A program made the position numbers and the translations under genes. Positions 9,030 through 16,986 of a stretch of DNA of 64,000 bases are shown here, one piece after another; the stretch's first letter is position 1, and each line of letters starts with the position of its first letter. The notes below the pieces were generated by a model, which was not told the origin of the DNA, made no database searches, and saw only the letters and a program-made list of their open reading frames with translations. This DNA is from Candidatus Poribacteria bacterium (GTDB taxonomy: Bacteria; Poribacteria; WGA-4E; PCPOR2b), in assembly GCA_965198175.1 (NCBI GenBank), contig OZ240245.1, forward strand, positions 3,488,001 to 3,552,000, read 5' to 3'.

Positions 9030-10961
9030 TCACGTAAATTCAATCGGCATTGGTTTGAACTGACATCCCTCCACGAACACCTCGAAGAAATCAGGAGTTG
9101 TCTCTAGTTCAACATGTTCGATTCCTTTAACCAGACGCTCAACAGACTCGCGCTTTCTCCGTGAAAGGAGGACTTCCCTTGCCCCCAGTACTGCTGCGTT
9201 TCCAACTTTGACGATGCGATCGTTGCGCACTGGCGCTAGGAAACCGATCTCAATGGCGTTGCGAACATCCACATAATTGGCGAATCCGCCAGCCAGATAG
9301 AGTAGCTTGACGTCCATTGGGTTGACACCGAACTTGCGCATGGCAATAAATTGACCGCAGTAATTGGCTGCCTTCGCTTGTGCAAGGTTGCTGATGTCTT
9401 CTCGGGAAAGCGTAATGTCATATTCGGGCACAACCGTCATCGAATACTGTTTTCTGTCAGCAAAAACACCTTTCGCCGTCATCTCATTATTGCGGCGGAG
9501 TTCCGCCAACAGATCAATCAAGCCGGAACCGCAGATACCTTGTGGTTCGATGCTGCCGATGGTATCATAGTTGATATGACCGTTGCACCATCGAATCGAC
9601 TCGATGGCTCCTTCGTAGCCTGGCATGCCGTACCTGATTCCGCGCCCTTCAAACGCGGGACCTGCCGGACAGGAAGCCGCTATCAGTCGCCCTGCATGTC
9701 CCACAATCACCTCAGTGTTGGTTCCCACATCCACCAGCATGACGACTTTTTCCTGCGATGCCATGTCGATCGCCACCAAATCGGCTGCTACATCCGCGCC
9801 AACGTGACTCGCGATTAGCGGCAGCCCATACACTCTGGCTTTTGGGTTCGCCCGAAGCCCCAGACGCCGCGTTTTTTCAATAAGTGATGTAGTCTTAAGC
9901 TCACCTTCGAGATACAAATGTTCGATCACAGACTTGTAGGGTTTTTGGCCAATGCTCTGCACATCCAGCTTGAAGAATATATCGCGCATCGTCGAGTTGC
10001 CCGCCACAACAATCTCATAAATTTCCTGACGGACGAAGCCAAACCGCCTCCCCATCTCGGTGATTTCGTGATTCAGCGCGTTGGTAACCGCCTTGCGTAA
10101 CTCTCCGGCAAACATGCTATCGTATGAAATACGGTGCATCACATCGCTGCCGCCGAACCGCTGGGGATTTTCAAAGGAGTTGACGCTGACGCTCTCGCCA
10201 GTCTCTAGGTCCACCAAATCCATCACGATAGTTGTGGTTCCCAAATCTATGGCAAGACCGTAAAGATGACCGCGATATGTGTCGATAGCTTCTCCATCAT
10301 AGTGGACTGTATCGCCCTGGCGGGTGACCATCGGATTGAGCTCAACAGGCTTCTCCTGAGTGCGCGAGAGAATCTTGGGTGTGCGCCGCAGCGGTGAGAA
10401 CTGTACATTAACATCAGGATCCTCGACAACCGCCTGACAAGCAAGACGGTAGTTTTCCCGCAAAAACGACTCAGCTTCGTTTCGAGAGCGTAACGCCTCC
10501 ATGCCCTGTTTAATCTCAACGATACACTCGTGGCATTGGCCCGTACGAAAACAGGAGGTCGGCACCTGTACTGCCAATTCGTCAGCGTAGTCGAACACCG
10601 TTTTCCCGGCTGTAAGTTTACACTTTTCGCCGTCATGCGTTATTGTGCCCTTACCATAATCCACCTCGCTCTTAATAAAAGCACCTTTATCCGCCTCCGT
10701 CTCCCAGGCGCCACGGTAGTCTAGCTTGTCGTCTCCGCCACACATCAATAACTCCCCTTTAGCACGAGGTTTCCGCTGGTTTCTACAGCCGAACTTGGCG
10801 GTACATTGATCGAAACGGTTCTTGTAAGGACACCGATAAGTGGCTTGCTCATCGGCGTGTCCCACCATGCTTGCAAACAATTCCGTAATTTTATTCAAGC
10901 GCTTCTGATATTCTTCCTTGGCGATCTTCTGCATGTTAAGTCTTGCCCGCAAATTAAACAC
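9030..10961 (-). CDS. RamA/RACE-type ATP-dependent corrinoid reductive activator (2Fe-2S + ASKHA)
   Basis: SCFRTGQCHEC...RLACQ ferredoxin domain; DLGTTT, AGNSTM, DVGTNTE, SCPAGPAFEG, GICGSG, LAGGFA. Confidence 0.92.
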   Translation of the reverse strand: MFNLRARLNMQKIAKEEYQKRLNKITELFASMVGHADEQATYRCPYKNRFDQCTAKFGCRNQRKPRAKGELLMCGGDDKLDYRGAWETEADKGAFIKSEVDYGKGTITHDGEKCKLTAGKTVFDYADELAVQVPTSCFRTGQCHECIVEIKQGMEALRSRNEAESFLRENYRLACQAVVEDPDVNVQFSPLRRTPKILSRTQEKPVELNPMVTRQGDTVHYDGEAIDTYRGHLYGLAIDLGTTTIVMDLVDLETGESVSVNSFENPQRFGGSDVMHRISYDSMFAGELRKAVTNALNHEITEMGRRFGFVRQEIYEIVVAGNSTMRDIFFKLDVQSIGQKPYKSVIEHLYLEGELKTTSLIEKTRRLGLRANPKARVYGLPLIASHVGADVAADLVAIDMASQEKVVMLVDVGTNTEVIVGHAGRLIAASCPAGPAFEGRGIRYGMPGYEGAIESIRWCNGHINYDTIGSIEPQGICGSGLIDLLAELRRNNEMTAKGVFADRKQYSMTVVPEYDITLSREDISNLAQAKAANYCGQFIAMRKFGVNPMDVKLLYLAGGFANYVDVRNAIEIGFLAPVRNDRIVKVGNAAVLGAREVLLSRRKRESVERLVKGIEHVELETTPDFFEVFVEGCQFKPMPIEFT

Positions 10962-11155
10962 ACGGACTTAAACCCCGGCGGCTGCGAGATTTTTCTCTAA
11001 AGACAAGAGTTTTGAGACCTTCTAGCACTAGGCAACTGGGTCAATAAGAAATCAAGTCCAACGGTTCACTAATTCACCTGCTCGCTTATCCTTTGGTACA
11101 CTGCTTCATCAGAACTGCAAGGTAGGAGAATCAAACAAAACTGGTGTAGGAGCAT

Positions 11156-11920
11156 TTATAACTTTCCTTCGTCTTTAAGCTCATCAAGCAGTTGCTTGGC
11201 AAGCGCCACGCACGCAAGTGCGTCCTTCCCATATCCATCCGCACCCATATCATCGGCAAACTCCTGGGTCACTGGCGCTCCGCCCACCATAATTTTGACA
11301 TCTTCGCGGAGGTCCGCATCAATAAAACCTTCAATCGTTTTGCCCATGTTAGGCATCGTCGTAGTCAGAAGTGCAGACATTCCGAGTACGGGGGCCCCAT
11401 GTTCTTCCACTGCATCTATGAACTCGTCGTCTGAAGTATCTACGCCCAGATCGTGTACGACGAATCCCGTGCCACGCAGCATCATGATGCAAAGATTTTT
11501 GCCAATGTCGTGCAGGTCACCTTTCACAGTTCCCATGATGACTGAGCCAATAGGCTCAATCCCCGATGCGGACAGAATCGGTTCGATATACGCCATGCCT
11601 GCCTTCATCGCACGTGCACAAGCGAGGACTTCCGGGACGAAAATGAAATTTTCCCGAAACTTAATCCCGACAATGCCCATCCCCGCGATGAGGCCATCGT
11701 CCATAATCTCTAAAGCCTCGGTGCCCACGTCCAAAGCCTCTTTGGTTAATCGGTCCACAGTATGATGGTCCCCATCTATAAGCGCGGCAGATATTTCCTG
11801 CATCGCGGGGCTAGCTTGGACAAATGTGTCAATAGTGCGCATGCGTTCATCGGGACGCTCAATATATTCCTCGATTTCATCTCTGATAAACTCATTTTCG
11901 ATGTCGGTAATTTCTGGCAT
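11156..11920 (-). CDS. Cobalamin-binding corrinoid protein (MtaC/MtbC-like)
   Basis: Cap domain FVPEVL; GDLHDIGKN, SALLTTTM, MVGGAP. Confidence 0.95.
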   Translation of the reverse strand: MPEITDIENEFIRDEIEEYIERPDERMRTIDTFVQASPAMQEISAALIDGDHHTVDRLTKEALDVGTEALEIMDDGLIAGMGIVGIKFRENFIFVPEVLACARAMKAGMAYIEPILSASGIEPIGSVIMGTVKGDLHDIGKNLCIMMLRGTGFVVHDLGVDTSDDEFIDAVEEHGAPVLGMSALLTTTMPNMGKTIEGFIDADLREDVKIMVGGAPVTQEFADDMGADGYGKDALACVALAKQLLDELKDEGKL

Positions 11921-12158
11921 AGTATCTCTCTTTAGGCTTCAGATAGATCTTCGTAAAAGTTTAAGGGTTCTTAGCTGTATCCTCTCTCCTATCAGATGTT
12001 GTCGTTCTGCTACTCGCTTCGGATTATTAAAATGAAGGATTCTTTACTGTCACACGCCCCTCTGTCGTGAGTGAGCAGACTGAATCCGTTTCTCCAATAC
12101 ATCAAGGACTTGCATTGGCAGTTGAACCATATCGTGCTCCGAATTAATTCTCAGTCGC

Positions 12159-13184
12159 TTATTGTCGGTGCCAATCGCGCACAGCCGCAGGAATTTCTTT
12201 GAGGTTGTCAATTGAAGTTTGTAGGGGAATCGCACACTCCGGTCCTACAAGTTGGACCCCAGCCTCCAGGTTCTTGTAGACCTCTTGCCGAACCTCTTCG
12301 GGGCCTCTCGCAAACAACGTCTCGGGATTATTGATATTTCCCACTAGAGAAATTCGATTCTGCATCACTTCCATGGACTCGTCGGGCGCGTTCTTGGAAT
12401 CGTAATGGAAGGCGGCGAACCCTGTCTGGGCGATGTACTCCATACGGTCCACCGTCCGCCCACAAATATGTAGAATTAGCGGGATTGGGAGTCGCTCGGC
12501 AAACTCAATATGCAGATCGCGCAGGTACCGCTGATAATACTCGCCGCTGACCAAGTCTCCGGTCGCGTGGTCAGGCAAGGTTAGCGCATCCGCTCCCGCT
12601 TCAATCTGCGCTAACCCGAACGCTATAGTAATTTCTTTCATCTTGTCCAGCGCGAGTTTCGTTTTTCCCGGATTGTCTAGTGATAAAAGCAGAAAAGGTT
12701 CCACTCCGAAGCAGTGGTATCCAAGCGACCACGGTCCCATCGTCTTTCCAATCACAGCGACCTCGTCGCCGTACTCCTTTTTGAGGATTTGAATTGCTTC
12801 GGTTACACACTGGGTATCCTGGTGAGTTAAGAGATCGGGTGGAATTTTGATGTCCTCAACGTCTTCCCAAATCGGTTCTCTCATTTTCACGGTAGGCCAG
12901 TTGTCTTTCTGTTCCCATTGAATCTTACAACCCAAGGCAGAAGATTCTTGGATAATGGTGAAGACCGGCATGATCGTGTCGAACCCTAACTCTGTATATC
13001 CAGTAGCCGCTAACCGCGCCATCAGTTCCGGCTGCCGGTTTGCCTCCGGGAACGGTGCATCTACCAAATCCATCAGTTCCACCGTGGCTACCGACGTCGG
13101 ATTGCAAATCGGCGTCCGGTCCACGGGTGCTCTATGCAACGCCGCAAGGACACGTTGGCGACTCGTCATCGGTTGAGTTTTCAT
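12159..13184 (-). CDS. MtaA/CmuA family methylcobamide methyltransferase (UroD fold)
   Basis: MTSRQRV...DRTP, GPWSL, Zn ligands LHICG and GPECAIP, GNINN. Start moved to ATG 13184, which follows a GAGGAG RBS. Confidence 0.88.
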   Translation of the reverse strand: MKTQPMTSRQRVLAALHRAPVDRTPICNPTSVATVELMDLVDAPFPEANRQPELMARLAATGYTELGFDTIMPVFTIIQESSALGCKIQWEQKDNWPTVKMREPIWEDVEDIKIPPDLLTHQDTQCVTEAIQILKKEYGDEVAVIGKTMGPWSLGYHCFGVEPFLLLSLDNPGKTKLALDKMKEITIAFGLAQIEAGADALTLPDHATGDLVSGEYYQRYLRDLHIEFAERLPIPLILHICGRTVDRMEYIAQTGFAAFHYDSKNAPDESMEVMQNRISLVGNINNPETLFARGPEEVRQEVYKNLEAGVQLVGPECAIPLQTSIDNLKEIPAAVRDWHRQ

Positions 13185-13230
13185 CTCATTCTCCTCACTG
13201 ATTTTGGTCCTGTCCTTTCTTGAGTTCGGA

Positions 13231-13866
13231 TTATTCCTGTTGGCTAGGTGATGAAAGCGTCCCTCGTGACGCAACCGCCTCCTGCTCCCGTATTACGGTA
13301 CGTACATTCGGAGCGCGAACCAGTAATAAGCCGACCATGGCATCGTGGATGTACCCACAAGAAAACGCAACTCGATCTAAAGCTTCACCTCCGTCATCCA
13401 TCTGCCCCAGTTTAATCAAACCCCCACCAATAGCCGAAATGCGCTTTTCCTTGTGGCTTCCCTCGCCATCACCTGTGATCTGGTAAACCCCGTTCCCGAG
13501 ACTGAGGACTGTGATGGTTAGACCAGACTTCTTGTCGAGAGTATTCAAAGGGCGTGGTTCGATTGGCTCGTCCGGATCGAGCTTGCAGGCTTCTAGAAAA
13601 ATCCGTTTACAAGCGAGTTCATGCTCTGCCCAACAGGGAAACCGAAGCAGTCCATCAGAAGTCAACTCCATGCCTCCCAAGATTTTCATCGCCTTGCGCA
13701 CAAAGGCAATACGCCGCTTTTCTCCTTCAAGGCGACTGTATGTATGAACCAAAAACGCGGGGCCTTCATCCCGTTCTTGGCAGTACAGGCCAATTGAAAT
13801 GTCATGGAAATGGGAATCCATCGGAACCAATTCAATTCGCCTTCCAATATCGACTGTCTCACCCAT
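13231..13866 (-). CDS. Hypothetical protein, first gene of the corrinoid methyltransferase cluster
   Basis: 211-aa ORF with AAGGA RBS, ending 47 bp before the MtaA-type gene; several Cys/His residues. Confidence 0.75.
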   Translation of the reverse strand: MGETVDIGRRIELVPMDSHFHDISIGLYCQERDEGPAFLVHTYSRLEGEKRRIAFVRKAMKILGGMELTSDGLLRFPCWAEHELACKRIFLEACKLDPDEPIEPRPLNTLDKKSGLTITVLSLGNGVYQITGDGEGSHKEKRISAIGGGLIKLGQMDDGGEALDRVAFSCGYIHDAMVGLLLVRAPNVRTVIREQEAVASRGTLSSPSQQE

Positions 13867-13927
13867 GGCTATATCCTTTTAGGAATGAATCAAGACATTC
13901 TCGACTGCTGGTTCGCAATTGTTTCGC

Positions 13928-13992
13928 TTGACCGCAGAGGAAATCAAGAAGTATAATTATGAGAAGCATAATAACTGATGGTCTGACCTTTA
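13928..13992 (+). promoter_or_regulatory. Sigma70-like promoter plus FadR/GntR-type operator (copy 1)
   Basis: TTGACC-18bp-TATAAT followed by TGGTCTGACC; 26 bp identical to 19684-19709. Confidence 0.65.
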
Positions 13993-14193
13993 GGAGGTAA
14001 GTATAACCCAAAACCGCGAAATTGTAAAGCGAAATTTTCATTGGGGATGCGTCCAGCTTGCACATTTAGATGGCAAATCCCCACCGAAAACCTTCAACCG
14101 CCGATGAAGTGGTCATCAAACGAGGCGTCGTAAAATGTATTCAGGGAGGACTAAGGTGAACGTCGTTCTTTTTGCGGCATCTCCCATCAACAG

Positions 14194-14430
14194 ATGACGT
14201 GGGGCGGGATAGATGCATTAGGCAAGCCGGTGGTGATTCAGGAGGAAAACACTTCGCCAAAAACCGCCATCCCGCTGAAGGAGTCGCGTGACCTTGCTGA
14301 CAACCGCATTGGCGGCATGTGGGAAACCCGTGAAGACGAAATCAAACAGAAATTTGAAATAGATCCACTCGCCGTATCCCCGACTGGTAAGCTGGTTCTC
14401 ACATGGGGAGCGGTAAAGGCGTCAAGGTAG
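14194..14430 (+). pseudogene. C-terminal remnant of a secreted protein carrying the LAVxPxGKLxxTWG tail
   Basis: Ends DPLAVSPTGKLVLTWGAVKASR; no signal peptide or full domain. Confidence 0.55.
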
Positions 14431-14475
14431 ATCCACATTCAGCAGACCACGCCCGTAGCGGGACGGGTGATAATA

Positions 14476-14504
14476 TTGACAGAATCGAAAATCGGCTCTA
14501 TAAT
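14476..14504 (+). promoter_or_regulatory. Perfect consensus sigma70 promoter
   Basis: TTGACA-17bp-TATAAT upstream of the LamG genes. Confidence 0.75.
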
Positions 14505-14656
14505 TGTCGCATATCAATTATCGAGAGTTGTCGTAACTTGCACAGGAACCTAAACCTACAATAATTCAGACGTTGTGATTCCTTTGTTTCCTTTCATTTT
14601 TTCCGTTGGGGTGGAAATAGTCAACCAAATTCAACAACAAGAAAAGGAGGCTAAAC

Positions 14657-15526
14657 ATGTTTAATAAAGAGGGTTTGGCGCTAGCTTTTGTTGTGGTAAC
14701 TGATGTTCTCAGGATATGGAGGCCTACTATGGCGACCATATCATGTCGCGGACTGGCTCAGGTGCTACTGGCGTTGTTGCTGCTGCTGTGCTCGGCGCCG
14801 GCCCAGGCGCAGATCGTCACGGACGGCCTGATCAGTTACTGGACCTTTGACGAATCGGATGTCGAGGGCATGACGGTTAAGGACGTGTGGGGCGAGAATC
14901 ACGGGACGATGAGCCGGGAAATGGCGCTCGTCCAAGGAAAGGTGGGCGATGCAGTCGCCTTCGACGCCGAAGAGGGGGACGTCGTGGACGTGCCCTTCCA
15001 CGCCTCGTTCGGCGACCCGGAAGACCTCACGGTGGAGCTCTGGTTGAGGCCGGACCTCGATAAGTTTCACTGCCTGGCGATCGGCCGGGACGACGGCAAC
15101 TTCTTCGACGGCGTCCAGCACCGGATATGGAAGATGGGCCCCTCGGGTGGAGATGCCTTCTATTACGAGTTCTTCGGCTTTGGCAACGGCGCATTCCGAA
15201 GTCCGGGCGACGCCGAGTATACCGCCGGCGAGTGGTCTCACCTCGCCATGACATTCACCCAGAAGGACGTCCGGAAGTTCTACGTGAACGGCGCACTGCT
15301 CGACAATGTCCCCGCGGCCACGCTGCTGCACTTCGAGACGGGAATTCGATTCGGCGCTCGGATCGATGATGCCGAGTGGTTCGCTGGCGTCATAGACGAG
15401 GCGCGTATCTACAACCGCGCCTTAACGGACGCTGAAATCCAACAGAACTTCCAGGCGCAAGGCTTGGCGGTCGATCCACCGGCGGGTCTCGCCGTGACTT
15501 GGGGCGGACTGAAGGCGGGCAAGTAA
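14657..15526 (+). CDS. Secreted LamG/concanavalin A-like domain protein (alternative start 14729)
   Basis: Signal peptide ..APAQA; DGLISYWTFDE, WSHLAMT, GVIDEARIYNRALT; TWG tail. Confidence 0.88.
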   Translation: MFNKEGLALAFVVVTDVLRIWRPTMATISCRGLAQVLLALLLLLCSAPAQAQIVTDGLISYWTFDESDVEGMTVKDVWGENHGTMSREMALVQGKVGDAVAFDAEEGDVVDVPFHASFGDPEDLTVELWLRPDLDKFHCLAIGRDDGNFFDGVQHRIWKMGPSGGDAFYYEFFGFGNGAFRSPGDAEYTAGEWSHLAMTFTQKDVRKFYVNGALLDNVPAATLLHFETGIRFGARIDDAEWFAGVIDEARIYNRALTDAEIQQNFQAQGLAVDPPAGLAVTWGGLKAGK

Positions 15527-15668
15527 CGGATCGCCTCGATCCGGTCGACTAGCCGGCCGGAAGGAGGGTCGAGGCCTGGTCGTCAGGAGAGAGATCCACG
15601 GCGATCGATTGGCCTCAGCTCCTTTCCTCGACAAATCAATGCTGCAGTGGATATCGTGAAAGGACGAA

Positions 15669-16493
15669 GTGGATACCAAAGTTTACGACCTGTCGAACCA
15701 AAATTCAACCATTTTTTCAGCGTGGGGAATTTCTATCCTCGGCGTCGCCGCCGCCTTGCTGATTGTCACTAGTGCGGACGGCCGGGTGCCTGCGCTCGGC
15801 GCCTGGCTCTTCGACGCGGACGAAGGGGAGGTGGTCACGGACGCAACCGGCAACGGCAATGAAGGCGAAGTGACGGACGTCCTGTGGTCTCCTGAAGGCA
15901 AGTTCGGCGGAGCGCTTGAGTTCGACGGCGTGAAGGGTTCGGTCCTCTTCAACGGCGACCAAGAGCCTCCCGAGCATGCCTTCATTCTCCATCAGAAGAC
16001 GGACGCCACGGTCACGTGGTGGATCTACAACCGACTCGCGCAACATCGCGCTATCTTCTGGACGCGCGAAGATGGCGTCGACGCGGCACGCTTCAACATC
16101 GTGACCGATCCGGGTCCCGAATTCGGTTGGGACTACCGCGCCAACGACGGCACCATGCATGCGACCGGCGTCCGAACAAAACTGCCGTTGAAGGAATGGA
16201 CTCATCTAGCGATCGTTCGGGAAGGCAAGCGCTACCGACTGTACAAGAACGGCGAGCTCCAAGGCATGTCCATAGATCCCAAGCCAGACCTGCCCGGCAC
16301 ATCAGCTTGGCAAATCTCCGGCCGGGGAGGCTTCACGCTCGATGGCTTAATCGATGAACTCGCCTTCTACGGTCGGGCGCTCACCCAGGAAGAGATCGCC
16401 GACATTAAGACCCGGGGCTTGGAGCTGGCTGCGCTGTACGTCTCACCGCATGGCAGGCTGGTCATGACCTGGGGTCGACTCAAGAACCGCTGA
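15669..16493 (+). CDS. Secreted LamG domain protein
   Basis: AWLFD, GKFGGALEFDG, WTHLAIV, GLIDELAFYGRALT; tail YVSPHGRLVMTWGRLK. Confidence 0.88.
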   Translation: MDTKVYDLSNQNSTIFSAWGISILGVAAALLIVTSADGRVPALGAWLFDADEGEVVTDATGNGNEGEVTDVLWSPEGKFGGALEFDGVKGSVLFNGDQEPPEHAFILHQKTDATVTWWIYNRLAQHRAIFWTREDGVDAARFNIVTDPGPEFGWDYRANDGTMHATGVRTKLPLKEWTHLAIVREGKRYRLYKNGELQGMSIDPKPDLPGTSAWQISGRGGFTLDGLIDELAFYGRALTQEEIADIKTRGLELAALYVSPHGRLVMTWGRLKNR

Positions 16494-16509
16494 CGGCCCA
16501 ACCACCGAT

Positions 16510-16930
16510 CGGCACGGGATTAGGGAGAACAACTGCTGGCGCTACTACGAGGTCCTGTACGATCTCTACGAGCCCATTAACCACCGGGGAGGCGTCGAGT
16601 CCAGTCCGGGGTTAGCAGCGGAATACGCGGCCCCAGACCGCAGCAAAGCCTGGGCGCATCGTTCGTATGCGCAATGGGCCGGGGCACGTATGTCCACAAG
16701 TGCAGTAACGAGGTGATTCAGGACTGGCTCATCTCCGTGCCACCAATATACGAGGAGGACGAATACACTTTCGTTCTGCGAGGCCTGCATCCCGCTCTGA
16801 AGTACTCTGTCACCTTGGACAGCCTGAACTCGACGTTCACGGTCGAGGGACTCCGGCTCCTACAAGGGCTTCCGATCCGGCTAAAAAGACGCAGGGATGT
16901 CCGAGCTCCTCCTGTTTCAGGCCGACTAGA
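16510..16930 (+). pseudogene. Fragmented glycoside hydrolase (GH36 alpha-galactosidase-like) remnant
   Basis: Broken frames GENNCWRYYEVLYDLYE and LRGLHPALKYSVTLDSLNSTFTVEGLRLLQGLPIRL, the latter resembling a GH36 C-terminal beta domain. Confidence 0.45.
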
Positions 16931-16986
16931 GCCAATCATACCAAACCTATTGAAACCTGGTACCATGTGAAGGGGGACGCGCCAAC

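Noticed and set aside
13185..13274. Longer N-terminus for the MtaA-type gene given in the ORF track
   Set aside because: It overlaps the upstream gene; ATG 13184 has a clear GAGGAG RBS and a family-typical start
13867..14190. Cobalamin riboswitch upstream of the corrinoid cluster
   Set aside because: No B12-box or GGGAA...GCCACTG-like core on either strand
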